A DNA stretch of 64,000 nt from Patescibacteria group bacterium (GTDB lineage: Bacteria > Patescibacteriota > Minisyncoccia > Phycocordibacterales > UBA9973): positions 30,026 to 94,025 of the forward strand of contig JAZJXT010000004.1 of assembly GCA_040390725.1 (NCBI GenBank), read 5' to 3'. Position 1 is the stretch's first letter, and every line of letters starts with the position of its first letter. A program made the position numbers and the translations under genes. This document shows, in pieces, positions 19,814 through 30,104 of the stretch. The notes beneath the pieces were generated by a model, which saw nothing but the letters and a program-made list of their open reading frames with translations, was not told where the DNA came from and made no database searches.

Positions 19814-20671
19814 ATGAATTTAACATCTTTTTGGCAAGTGGGAACACTAGTATCGCTTGCTTTGATAGTATTCTTTGTATTGCTTTATTATCTAGCTTGT
19901 TTAAAAAAATTTACAGCTCTTAACGAAAGAAGTTTTAAAAAAAATCCTTCTTTTTCTAATTCTTTTAAGGAACTTTATAATGTCCTAAGTGTTTTGCACA
20001 AAATTCGGGGTCTTGAAGCAGTTTTTTTCAAAAATCAGTACATTAATCTTATAAATTTGTATATTCAACGAATAATTTTTGAATTAGAACAAATTAAGTA
20101 TTTTCAAGAACGGCACGGAGAAATATTCAAGAATACACGAATATCCTTCCTCCATCAGTGGATAAAAATAACAACTTTTCTTTTCGAAGAAGATGAAGCT
20201 GAAGACTATGTGCTTAAAGAAAAGGGAAGTTTAGGCCGATGTGCTGAACTATTTTCACTATTCGGAGATTCGATGGAAAGTAAATTGAGTGAATTATACA
20301 TGAAACAGGCTCTTCTGGTATTAAAAAATGAAGGGTATAGCGCACTCTCTGCTTTTCTTGGTACATATGGAAAAATTAGTTCTAGGTATGGGAGTTTTGG
20401 TGGCATGATACCTGTTTCAATAATTAGCAGTGAGCTTAACCAAAATTTTTTAGTGACATACTGCAAGGAAATCACTGAACAATTACGACGAGAAGTGAAT
20501 ATTATTAAAAAGACCGGTTCTTCAAAAGAAAAATATGTTGAGTTGTTAAATACTTATATATTTAATTTTTTTAAAACAATTAGGCCTGTTTATTTTGAAC
20601 TTTTTAAAAGAAGTCAGGAATATTATGAGCTTAAAGGTTTAATCGAAAACATTAAATTTGCGGCAAAATAA
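19814..20671 (+). CDS. Hypothetical protein with N-terminal TM anchor (ORFan-like)
   Basis: 285-aa ORF with own promoter and terminator. Confidence 0.65.
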   Translation: MNLTSFWQVGTLVSLALIVFFVLLYYLACLKKFTALNERSFKKNPSFSNSFKELYNVLSVLHKIRGLEAVFFKNQYINLINLYIQRIIFELEQIKYFQERHGEIFKNTRISFLHQWIKITTFLFEEDEAEDYVLKEKGSLGRCAELFSLFGDSMESKLSELYMKQALLVLKNEGYSALSAFLGTYGKISSRYGSFGGMIPVSIISSELNQNFLVTYCKEITEQLRREVNIIKKTGSSKEKYVELLNTYIFNFFKTIRPVYFELFKRSQEYYELKGLIENIKFAAK

Positions 20672-20696
20672 TAGTAAGTTTATTAATGTTATGATT

Positions 20697-20729
20697 TTAC
20701 CAATCCTTTCGGGGGTTGGTAATTTTTTT
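20697..20729 (+). terminator. Intrinsic terminator
   Basis: TTACCAATCCT-TTCG-GGGGTTGGTAA then T7. Confidence 0.8.
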
Positions 20730-20782
20730 GTATAAAAAATAGTAAATTTTATTTTTGAATTTAAATATGCTAATATGCATAT

Positions 20783-23700
20783 ATGATATCGCGTATATAT
20801 GTGGCGACAAAAGTTAAAGACAGCCGGGCTTTGGGCTTTATGAAGTCTTTTAAAGGGCTGGGTTTGTCTGGAAAAGTCGCAAATGTTGCAGTGCTTGATT
20901 CCTATTTGATTGATTCTGATATATTTAAAGAAAACTCCAAAGAAATGATAATGAGGTCAGCCGGAGCTTTGACTAATCCAATTTTAGAGAAATTTTCTAT
21001 AAATGAATTGCCGGCGGATAAGGATTTTAATTATGTTATTGAAATAGGATTCTTGCCGGGGGTGACGGACAATATAGCGCATACGGCAAAAGAAACTATT
21101 TCAGATTTATTAAAACTTAAAGATGATGCAAGGCTGGAAATTTATACTTCAAAAGTTTTTTTAATTTCCGGAAGCATAAATGTAAAAGATATAGAAAAAA
21201 TCGCTTCTTCACTCTACAATCCTTTGATTGAGCGCGCATATATTGCAAGTGCAAGAGAAATAAAACAAATAGGCGGTTTGCCTTTAGAGACTCCGCAAGT
21301 TATTTTGCCGGATCAAAAATCAGTGATAAATGTATCACTCCGAGCGCCTGACGAAGAGCTTGTTAAAATAGGTAGTGAAGGCATAATGGATGAAAATGGA
21401 AAAAGGCGCGGTCCACTTTCGCTCGATTTAGTTTCAATGAAAGTCATTCAGGCACATTTTGAAAAAATGGGACGCGACCCTCGAGATATTGAAATAGAAT
21501 CTTTGGCGCAGACATGGTCTGAGCATTGCAAGCATACTATTTTTGCAAATCCGATAGATGATATCAAAGACGGTTTATATAAAACTTATATAAAAGGCGC
21601 GACGAAATTAATCCGTGAACAAAAAGGAAATAAAGATTTTTGTGTTTCTGTTTTTTCCGATAATGCCGGCGGAATTATTTTTGATGATAATTATTTAGTA
21701 ACGCATAAAGTAGAAACTCACAATAGCCCTTCGGCACTTGATCCATTCGGTGGATCTATCACAGGCATTGTTGGAGTCAATCGCGATACAATTGGTTTCG
21801 GCTTAGGCGCGAAGCCTGTCGCGAATGCTTATGGATTTTGTTTTGGAGAACCCTCGGATACAAGGGCATTATTTTTGGATAAAGAAAAAAAACAAAAAAT
21901 GTTTTCTCCGAAAAGAATAATGGAAGGTGTTATAAAAGGCATAAATGCTGGGGGGAATTGTTCTGGCATTCCGACAGTTTCAGGTTTTGTAAAATACGAT
22001 GATAGGTTTCGGGGTAAGCCATTGGTCTTTGCCGGCACAGTCGGACTTATTCCAAGAGAAATAAATGGTAAACCTTCTCACGAGAAAAAAGCGCAAGCGG
22101 GGGATTATATCGTAGTTGTCGGTGGGCGAGTCGGAGCTGACGGTATACACGGTGCTACATTTTCATCAGTTGCGATGGATTCCAAATCTCCGGCTGCTGC
22201 AGTACAAATAGGCGACCCTATAACTCAGAAAAAATTAAGTGATGCAATAGTAAAAGAAGCTCGTGATATGGATTTGTATAACAGCATTACCGACAATGGT
22301 GCCGGAGGAATTTCTTGTTCCATCGCAGAGATGGCTCGAGAATGTAATGGCGCAAAAGTTGAATTAGAAAAAGTGCCGTTGAAATATCCAGGGTTACGAC
22401 CTTGGGAAATTTGGATTTCAGAATCACAAGAGAGGATGACTTTGGCTATCCCTCCAAAAAAGTGGGAAGTTTTTAGAAAATTAATGGAGAGCAGAGGAGT
22501 GGAGGCGACGGTAGTCGGTGAATTTACTGATTCCGGGAATTGCGTTGTGAATTATAATGGTAAAAATATTATGGAAATGACTCTTGATTTTCTTCATAAT
22601 GGATTGCCAAAAAGGCAATTAGAAACTACACCAGTTATACATACTTTTCCTGAACCAAAAATAACAAAAGAGTCTCGTGCAAAAATTTTAGAAGAATTAT
22701 TATCAAATAATAATATAGGCGGATCATCTTTTATTGCTGAACAATATGATCACGAAGTGCAAGCTTCCTCTGTCCTGAAGCCTCTCTCGGGTGCGGGTAA
22801 AATAAATACTGATGCGCAAGTTTTCGCTCCTGTGCTCAGCTCAAAAAAGGGCGTAGTAGTTTCTACTGGTGTGTATCCCTCTTATGGGGACATCAGTACT
22901 TACCATATGGCATCTTGCGCATTAGATACTGCTGTCAGGAATATTATTTGTGCCGGAGGTACGCTAAGCCATTTAGCAATACTTGATAACTTTTGCTGGT
23001 GTTCATCAGATGATAAAGTTCGCCTGGCAGAACTCGTGGATGCAGTGAAGGCTTGTTATAAATACGCAGTAGGCTACAGCACTCCGTTTATTTCCGGAAA
23101 AGACAGTATGTTTAATGATTTCAAAGGTTATGATGAAAAAGGAAATCCAATAAAAATTTCTATACCACCGACATTGCTTATATCCGGCATAAGCGTCACG
23201 CAAGATATTTCAAAAACTATATCTCCTGAATTTAAAAATGCAGGAGACATTATTTATTTATTGGGTGATACATATGATGAAATGGGTGCGAGTGAATATT
23301 TTAAATTATTAGCTAAAAAAGAAGTCCACCCCGCCTTAAAAGGCACCCCTCAAGAGGGGAATTTATCAATCGGTAGTAATGTTCCGCAAGTTGATTTAGG
23401 AAAAAATCTAAAAACTTATTTAGTATTAGAAGATGCAATTAAAAAAGAATTAATAAATTCCGCAATTTCTCTAAATTCCGGTGGTTTGGCTGTGGCTTTA
23501 GCGAAAGCCTCAGTAGGCGGAATGTTGGGATGCAAAGTAAATATTAAAAATATACCCGGAAATAATTCCTCAGATGATGCGAAATTATTTTCTGAAAGCC
23601 AAGGTAGAATTTTAGTTTCCATATCACAGGAAAATGTTAAAAAATTTGAAAAGATAATTCTGGCAATACCGCGAGCAGAACTCGGTAAAGTCACTAAAAA

Positions 23701-23803
23701 CGGAAAGTTTGAAATTGTGAATAATAAAAATAAAACAATTATCAAAACAGATATAAAGAAATTAAAAAAGGCTTATCATAGTTTTTCAGAAAGTATGAAA
23801 TAA
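20783..23803 (+). CDS. purL: FGAM synthase PurL with N-terminal PurS-like extension, no glutaminase domain
   Basis: TWSEHCKH, DNAG, KVETHNSPS, DGIHGA, SESQERM, SGKDS. Confidence 0.95.
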   Translation: MISRIYVATKVKDSRALGFMKSFKGLGLSGKVANVAVLDSYLIDSDIFKENSKEMIMRSAGALTNPILEKFSINELPADKDFNYVIEIGFLPGVTDNIAHTAKETISDLLKLKDDARLEIYTSKVFLISGSINVKDIEKIASSLYNPLIERAYIASAREIKQIGGLPLETPQVILPDQKSVINVSLRAPDEELVKIGSEGIMDENGKRRGPLSLDLVSMKVIQAHFEKMGRDPRDIEIESLAQTWSEHCKHTIFANPIDDIKDGLYKTYIKGATKLIREQKGNKDFCVSVFSDNAGGIIFDDNYLVTHKVETHNSPSALDPFGGSITGIVGVNRDTIGFGLGAKPVANAYGFCFGEPSDTRALFLDKEKKQKMFSPKRIMEGVIKGINAGGNCSGIPTVSGFVKYDDRFRGKPLVFAGTVGLIPREINGKPSHEKKAQAGDYIVVVGGRVGADGIHGATFSSVAMDSKSPAAAVQIGDPITQKKLSDAIVKEARDMDLYNSITDNGAGGISCSIAEMARECNGAKVELEKVPLKYPGLRPWEIWISESQERMTLAIPPKKWEVFRKLMESRGVEATVVGEFTDSGNCVVNYNGKNIMEMTLDFLHNGLPKRQLETTPVIHTFPEPKITKESRAKILEELLSNNNIGGSSFIAEQYDHEVQASSVLKPLSGAGKINTDAQVFAPVLSSKKGVVVSTGVYPSYGDISTYHMASCALDTAVRNIICAGGTLSHLAILDNFCWCSSDDKVRLAELVDAVKACYKYAVGYSTPFISGKDSMFNDFKGYDEKGNPIKISIPPTLLISGISVTQDISKTISPEFKNAGDIIYLLGDTYDEMGASEYFKLLAKKEVHPALKGTPQEGNLSIGSNVPQVDLGKNLKTYLVLEDAIKKELINSAISLNSGGLAVALAKASVGGMLGCKVNIKNIPGNNSSDDAKLFSESQGRILVSISQENVKKFEKIILAIPRAELGKVTKNGKFEIVNNKNKTIIKTDIKKLKKAYHSFSESMK
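23326..23362. repeat. REP-like double-hairpin element in frame within purL
   Basis: CCACCCC-GCCTT.AAAGGC-A-CCCCTC-AA-GAGGGG-AATT, translating as HPALKGTPQEGN. Confidence 0.65.
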
Positions 23804-23804
23804 A

Positions 23805-25457
23805 ATGGAAAATAAAAATTGCCAAAATTGCAAGAAAGATTTTACGATAAATAAAATTGAACTTACTCAATACGCAAAAATTAACTTAGTTATTCCTGAT
23901 ATTTGTGTTCCATGTCGATGGAAACATCATATGGCTTTTTGGCCGTTTGGTAAATTTAGACAAGGGAAGTCTGATCTTTCAGGGGAAAGACTCATAACAG
24001 TTCTTCCAAATAATGCTAGATATCCTATTTTTACATCAAAAGAATGGTGGAGTGATGCTTGGGATCCGGCATCCTACAGTCAGGAATATGATGAAAATCG
24101 ATCTTTTTTTGATCAACTTAAAGAATTACAAGAGAAAGTTCCTCGTCCGCATCAGCAGGGAGCTCAAAATACTGATTGTGACTGGTGCGACGATGCATGG
24201 GAATCAAAAAATTGTTACCTTTCTCGTTCGACGAAAAAAGCTGAAAATTTACTCTACGGATATCGCGCTATTGAAGTAAAAGATTCAATAGACATATCGC
24301 ATGTTTTTACTTTAGATCAATGCTATGATTGCACATACTGCTTTAGATCTTATAATTTACTTTTTTCAAAAAATTGCCGAGATTGTATGGAGAGCGCTTT
24401 TCTTTTTGATTGTCGTAATTCGTCAAATTGTTTTATGTGTTGGAACTTGCGAGGCAAATCGTATTGCATAGAAAATATGCAATACACAAAAGAAGAATAT
24501 CAAGAAAAAATGAAGTCGATTAATCTCGGTTCGTATTCCGAGCTTGAAAGATTTAAAAATCGTTATGCGGAAATCTTGAAAGAAAATGCCGTTCATAGGG
24601 AAAATTTTAATGTTAAAACATATAATTCCACCGGAACCTATATGTCTGATTGCAACAACTGCACAAATGTATTTTTTTGGGAGGATTCAGAAAATTGTAT
24701 AAATTGTTTGCGCGGACTGAAAACCAAAGACTCAATCGACATGACTGGTTGTTGGTATGTTGAAGTTTCCGGAAACAATAGTTGTTGTACTAATTCTTAC
24801 GACCTTAAATATTCTATTTGGTGTGATGGAGCTAAGTACTCAGAATATTGCGATCAATGCCTCGAGGTGGATTATTGTTTCGGTTGCATCGGCTTGCGCA
24901 AGAAAAAATATTGCATTTTAAATAAACAATATACCAAAGCAGAATACGAAGTTCTTATAGAAAAAATTATTTCTGACATGAAGGCTCGCGGTGAATACGG
25001 AAAATTTCCGCCATATTCTTTGGGCTTATGTCCATACAATTTTTCTACCGGAGCAATTTATTTTCCGGAAGTTACCAAAGAATACATAAAAGAAAGAGGA
25101 GGGTATTGGGAAGAAGATAACGGGCAACAGGCGGAGGGATTGCCCACCTCCGAGCTCCCGGATTCTATTTCTGATGTGGATTCTTCGATTACCAGACAGG
25201 CTCTCGTCTGTCCCGTAACCGGCTGGAGGTACAATATAGCCGAAGCCGAATTAGCATTTTTGAAACGAAAAAATATTGCATTACCTAGGTTGCATTTCGA
25301 TGTACGTACTAAAAAACGATTACTTACTATTAGTCAAACAAAAAGTGAACCTTATGTCTGCACCTACTGTTCGAAAAATATTATCGCTTATTATCCAAAA
25401 GATTGGGGATACAAGAAAATAGCCTGCGAAGAATGTTATAAAAAGGAAGTTTATTAA
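23805..25457 (+). CDS. CPR-type Cys-rich repeat protein with terminal zinc ribbons
   Basis: CQNC..CVPC N-terminus, WWSD.WD, repeated S.NC/C..C units, C-terminal CTYC-x18-CEECYKKEVY. Confidence 0.85.
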   Translation: MENKNCQNCKKDFTINKIELTQYAKINLVIPDICVPCRWKHHMAFWPFGKFRQGKSDLSGERLITVLPNNARYPIFTSKEWWSDAWDPASYSQEYDENRSFFDQLKELQEKVPRPHQQGAQNTDCDWCDDAWESKNCYLSRSTKKAENLLYGYRAIEVKDSIDISHVFTLDQCYDCTYCFRSYNLLFSKNCRDCMESAFLFDCRNSSNCFMCWNLRGKSYCIENMQYTKEEYQEKMKSINLGSYSELERFKNRYAEILKENAVHRENFNVKTYNSTGTYMSDCNNCTNVFFWEDSENCINCLRGLKTKDSIDMTGCWYVEVSGNNSCCTNSYDLKYSIWCDGAKYSEYCDQCLEVDYCFGCIGLRKKKYCILNKQYTKAEYEVLIEKIISDMKARGEYGKFPPYSLGLCPYNFSTGAIYFPEVTKEYIKERGGYWEEDNGQQAEGLPTSELPDSISDVDSSITRQALVCPVTGWRYNIAEAELAFLKRKNIALPRLHFDVRTKKRLLTISQTKSEPYVCTYCSKNIIAYYPKDWGYKKIACEECYKKEVY

Positions 25458-25486
25458 AATAAGCTTTTTGTGCTATAATTTGGCTT

Positions 25487-26542
25487 ATGATTTTGAATTT
25501 GGTGAAAATTTTCTTGCCGACGGCCTTTGCCTTTTTTTTAGGTATTTTTATCACACCTTTTGCCACTCACTTTTTTTATAAATATAAAATGTGGAAGAAA
25601 TACGCTCGCACAGAAGAAGTAACAAATAAAGATTTTAAAAAAATACACAACAATGAAGTAGAATTAAAAACACCGCGAGTGGGAGGCATTATTATTTGGG
25701 TTTCAGTATTATTTACTATCTTACTTTTTTATTTAATATCGATAATTTTTCCTACACCTATATTTTCAAAAATAAATTTTCTTTCCAGGAACCAAACCCT
25801 CATTCCATTATTCACTTTACTTTTTGGCTCACTATTGGGTCTGTGGGATGACTTGATACAAATATACGGCACGGGTAGGTTTGCGCGTGATGACAAATCT
25901 TGGCGTAACTGGAAAGCTTTTTTAATCGCATTTCTTTCACTCTTGGTTGGTATTTGGTTTTTTTATAAATTAGGCATGCACTCTATACATATTCCATTTG
26001 ATGGTATTTGGGAATTAGGTATTTTAATAATTCCACTTTTTATAATTGTAGCTCTAGCTACTTTTTCCGGCGGAGTAATAGATGGCATTGACGGACTTTC
26101 CGGGGGAGTATTGGCTTCTATTTTTGGAGCTTATTCTGCTATTGCCTTTGCAAATAATCAGATAGACCTAGCGGCTTTTTCCGGAGTCATTACCGGAGGA
26201 ATCTTGGCATTTTTATGGTTCAATATTCCACCAGCTAGATTTTACATGGGGGAGACGGGCATGATGGGGCTCACTATCACCCTGGCAACATTGGCATTTA
26301 TGACTGATTCAGTTTTGGTCTTGCCTGTTATTGCTTTACCTCTCGTCATCACTTCATTGTCAGTGCTCTTGCAAATGTTTTCCAAAAAATTTAGAAATGG
26401 AAAAAAGATTTTTAAAATAGCACCGATACATCATCATTTTGAAGCTATCGGCTGGCCATCATACAAAGTGACCATGCGTTTCTGGATTTTGTCTTTAGTG
26501 TTTGCAATTATTGGAATAATCTTGGCTATTATCAGCAGATAA
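25487..26542 (+). CDS. mraY: Phospho-N-acetylmuramoyl-pentapeptide transferase
   Basis: TPRVGG, GLWDD, DGIDGL, FYMGETG, APIHHHFE. Confidence 0.93.
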   Translation: MILNLVKIFLPTAFAFFLGIFITPFATHFFYKYKMWKKYARTEEVTNKDFKKIHNNEVELKTPRVGGIIIWVSVLFTILLFYLISIIFPTPIFSKINFLSRNQTLIPLFTLLFGSLLGLWDDLIQIYGTGRFARDDKSWRNWKAFLIAFLSLLVGIWFFYKLGMHSIHIPFDGIWELGILIIPLFIIVALATFSGGVIDGIDGLSGGVLASIFGAYSAIAFANNQIDLAAFSGVITGGILAFLWFNIPPARFYMGETGMMGLTITLATLAFMTDSVLVLPVIALPLVITSLSVLLQMFSKKFRNGKKIFKIAPIHHHFEAIGWPSYKVTMRFWILSLVFAIIGIILAIISR

Positions 26543-26543
26543 A

Positions 26544-27650
26544 ATGGCAAAAACAAAAACAATTGATAGATTTTTCTTAATAATAATTTTGATTCTGATT
26601 TCCGTTGGTGTGGCTATGTTTATTTCTGCATCATTGGGAATCCTGGCAAAAAATGAAAAGATTTTTTATTCAGTTCTTACGAGCCAGCTAGTGCTCGGTC
26701 TAGGGTTTGGACTTGTCGGCATGTATATTGCCTTAAAAATAAACTACAAATTTTGGCAAAGATACTCTCTGCATATTTTCATAGCTTCTATTTTATTGAC
26801 AGCAGCTGTATTTATTCCTCACTTAGGCTGGAACCACGGAGGAGCGACGAGATGGATAAAGTTAGGCCCTGTTTCTTTTCAACCGGCAGAAATATTAAAA
26901 TTTGGTTTTATTATTTATTTTTCGGCATGGCTTTCTTGGACAAAAAATAAAGTAAAGGATTTTAAATTCAGCATACTACCCCTAGGCATCATGCTCGCAG
27001 TCATCGCCGCTATTTTATTTAAACAACCGGACACAAAAAGTTTTATCTTAATAGCGGTCACAGGCATATCAATGCTTTTTATTTCCGGAGTACCGATAAA
27101 ATATATCTTGGGAGTATTCTTTGGGGCAATATTTGTTCTCGGTTCTTTGGTATTTTTTACGCCATACCTCCAACAACGCGTAAAAACATTTATTGATCCA
27201 TCACAGGATGCCAGAGGGTCTTCTTATCAAATACAACAATCATTAATAGCTCTCGGTTCGGGTGGAGTATTTGGCAGGGGATATGGGCAAAGCATCCAAA
27301 AATTCAGCTACCTGCCGGAACCACAAGGGGACTCTATCTTTGCAGTTCTGGGTGAAGAATTTGGTTTTATCGGGGGATTAGTAACAATATTACTTTATTG
27401 CATTTTTGCTTTACGTGGAATGCGCATCGCCAATAATTCCCCAGACTTATTCGGTAGACTTTTAGTCTCAGGAATTGTTATACTGATTACAGCGCAGTCA
27501 TTCATGAATATAGCTTCGATCACGGGAGTTTTTCCATTGACTGGTGTGCCGCTTGTTTTCATGAGTCATGGAGGTACTTCGCTCATGATATACTTGATGG
27601 CTATAGGTATAATACTTAATATATCAAAATTTCAAAAATATAATATATGA
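26544..27650 (+). CDS. ftsW: SEDS peptidoglycan glycosyltransferase FtsW
   Basis: GATRWI, FQPAE, QPD, LPEPQGDSIF, GVPLVFMSHGGTS; between mraY and murG. Confidence 0.9.
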   Translation: MAKTKTIDRFFLIIILILISVGVAMFISASLGILAKNEKIFYSVLTSQLVLGLGFGLVGMYIALKINYKFWQRYSLHIFIASILLTAAVFIPHLGWNHGGATRWIKLGPVSFQPAEILKFGFIIYFSAWLSWTKNKVKDFKFSILPLGIMLAVIAAILFKQPDTKSFILIAVTGISMLFISGVPIKYILGVFFGAIFVLGSLVFFTPYLQQRVKTFIDPSQDARGSSYQIQQSLIALGSGGVFGRGYGQSIQKFSYLPEPQGDSIFAVLGEEFGFIGGLVTILLYCIFALRGMRIANNSPDLFGRLLVSGIVILITAQSFMNIASITGVFPLTGVPLVFMSHGGTSLMIYLMAIGIILNISKFQKYNI

Positions 27651-28777
27651 AAATAATATTTACAGGAGGGGGTACGGGCGGACATTTTTATCCTATTATC
27701 GCCGTAGCCCAAAAAGTCAATCAAATAATAGACCAAGAAAAAATAATAGGTGCCAAGCTTTATTATTTTTCCAACAACCCTTATGACAAAGAGGCCCTAT
27801 TTGAGAATGGATTATTATATGAGGAAATCAATGCCGGCAAGATGCGCACATATTTTTCTATAAGAAACTTCTTTGATATTTTTAAAATATTTTTTGGAGT
27901 ACTAGGTGCAACATACAAAGTATTTACGATTTATCCTGATGTTATTTTTGGCAAAGGAGGATTTGCTTCATTCCCGACTATCGTCGCCGCTAGGATTTTA
28001 AACATACCTGTGATCATTCATGAATCTGACTCTGCTCCTGGACGAGTAAATAAATGGGCGGGAAGTTTTGCAAAAAAAATTGCCATTTCATTTAATGAAG
28101 CCGCAGAGTATTTTCCTAGTAAAAAAATAGCTTGGACTGGCCAACCCATCAGGTCAGAAATAGAACAACCGGCCGAAAGACAAAAGGCTTTGGAATATTT
28201 TAAATTAGAATCCAACATACCTATTATTCTAGTTTTAGGCGGTTCACAAGGTGCTGAACTTATAAATAATACTATCCTAGACGCGTTACCTAGGCTTATA
28301 AAAAATTATCAAATTATTCACCAGACAGGGGTACGGAATTTTAAAATGGTGACTGAGCGTGCACAAGTCGTCATAACAAGCGAAGAAGATAAAGCTAAAT
28401 ATATGCCTATTTCTTTTTTAAATCCCTTGCAAATGAAAATGGCTGCCGGTGCTGCGACCATCATAATCTCTCGTGCAGGCTCAACTTTATTTGAAATTGC
28501 ATCCTGGGGAGTGCCTTCAATTTTAATTCCATTCACCACATCAAATGCTGATCATGCAAGAAAAAATGCATTTAATTATGCGCGTGCCGGAGCATGCAGT
28601 GTAGTGGAAGAAATGAATATGACTGCAAATATTTTAAGTTCGGAAATTGAAAGGATAACAGAAGACAAATCAACCTTGGAAAGAATGGCAAAATCTGCCA
28701 AAGCATTCAGCAGACCTGGAGCTGCACTAAAAATCGCTCGGGAGCTTGTAGATATGGCTTTATCTCACGAGGAATAA
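27647..28777 (+). CDS. murG: Lipid II GlcNAc transferase
   Basis: GGGTGGH, GKGGF, HESD, GGSQGA, SRAG. Confidence 0.95.
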   Translation: MKIIFTGGGTGGHFYPIIAVAQKVNQIIDQEKIIGAKLYYFSNNPYDKEALFENGLLYEEINAGKMRTYFSIRNFFDIFKIFFGVLGATYKVFTIYPDVIFGKGGFASFPTIVAARILNIPVIIHESDSAPGRVNKWAGSFAKKIAISFNEAAEYFPSKKIAWTGQPIRSEIEQPAERQKALEYFKLESNIPIILVLGGSQGAELINNTILDALPRLIKNYQIIHQTGVRNFKMVTERAQVVITSEEDKAKYMPISFLNPLQMKMAAGAATIIISRAGSTLFEIASWGVPSILIPFTTSNADHARKNAFNYARAGACSVVEEMNMTANILSSEIERITEDKSTLERMAKSAKAFSRPGAALKIARELVDMALSHEE

Positions 28778-28793
28778 ATGCTAGAATAGCACT

Positions 28794-30104
28794 ATGTTAG
28801 AAAGTAAAGTTGTAACAAGATTTGCGCCTAGCCCAACGGGATTTTTGCATTTGGGTGCATACAGGACGGCTATTTTTTCTTATCTTTATGCTAGGAAAAA
28901 TAATGGTATTTTTGTACTTCGGATTGAAGATACTGATAAGGAAAGATCCAAAAAAGAATATGAAGAAAATATTATTGAGAGCTTGAAATGGCTCGGGCTT
29001 GATTATGATCAATTTTACAGACAATCAGAAAATGTTGAAAGACATAAATTTTATTTGGAAAAAATGATTAAAGAGGGAAGTGCGTATATATCAAAAGAGG
29101 AAGCAAAAGACGGCAGTGGAATTATTAAAGAAATAATTCGTTTCAAGAATCCAAATATTGATGTAAGCTTCAAAGACGAAATAAAAGGTGAAGTGACAAT
29201 GAATACAAAAGATTTAGGTGATTTTGTCCTTGCGAAAAATTTAAATGAACCATTATTTCACTTGGCAGTAGTTGTGGATGATTTTGAAGAAGGAATAACT
29301 CACGTAATTCGAGGTGAAGATCATGTATCTAATACTCCTAGGCAAATCTTAATTCAAAAAGCTATCGGTGCACCAACCCCTATGTACGCGCATTTACCCC
29401 TCGTGCTAGGTGCTGATAAATTAAAACTTTCCAAGCGACGCGGAGCTCTAGCTATTACTGAATACCGAAAACTTGGTTTTTTACCGGAAGCTATTTTAAA
29501 CGGTGTGGCTTTTGTAGGATGGAATCCAGGCACAGAACAAGAAATTTTTACACATGATGAACTAATAAAAACATTTGAATTGTCAAAAGTCCAAAAAAGT
29601 CCGGCAGTTTTTAGTGAAGAAAAACTAGAATGGTTTAACAAAGAGCACATCAAAAAACTTTCGCAAAATGAAATAGAAAAAAATATTTTAGAATGGTTGC
29701 CAGAAAATATGCGTGATATGAAAATCGTTCCAATAATATCTGAAAGAATTTCAAAATGGAGCGATGTAAAAAAAATGATAAATACAGGGGAGTTAAATTT
29801 CTTTTTTGAAACCCCAGTACTTGTAAAAGAAAAATTAATTTTTAAAAATACGCCCATTGAAAAAATTTCTCAAAATTTAAATTCGGCCATTAATGTATTA
29901 CAAAACATCAATGATAAGGATTTTAATAAAGAAAATATAAAAAATTTATTGATGCCGATAGCTGAAACACTGCCTAGCAGAGGGGAGTTGTTGCATCCTG
30001 TACGCTATGCCTTGTCTGGACTCGATAAATCCCCTGATCCATTTATAATTGCAGAAATTTTAGGAAAAAATGAAACTTTATCACGCTTACAAAAAGCAGT
30101 TTAG
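28794..30104 (+). CDS. gltX: Glutamate--tRNA ligase
   Basis: RFAPSPTGFLHLG, LRIEDTD, IRGEDH, KLSKR. Confidence 0.96.
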   Translation: MLESKVVTRFAPSPTGFLHLGAYRTAIFSYLYARKNNGIFVLRIEDTDKERSKKEYEENIIESLKWLGLDYDQFYRQSENVERHKFYLEKMIKEGSAYISKEEAKDGSGIIKEIIRFKNPNIDVSFKDEIKGEVTMNTKDLGDFVLAKNLNEPLFHLAVVVDDFEEGITHVIRGEDHVSNTPRQILIQKAIGAPTPMYAHLPLVLGADKLKLSKRRGALAITEYRKLGFLPEAILNGVAFVGWNPGTEQEIFTHDELIKTFELSKVQKSPAVFSEEKLEWFNKEHIKKLSQNEIEKNILEWLPENMRDMKIVPIISERISKWSDVKKMINTGELNFFFETPVLVKEKLIFKNTPIEKISQNLNSAINVLQNINDKDFNKENIKNLLMPIAETLPSRGELLHPVRYALSGLDKSPDPFIIAEILGKNETLSRLQKAV

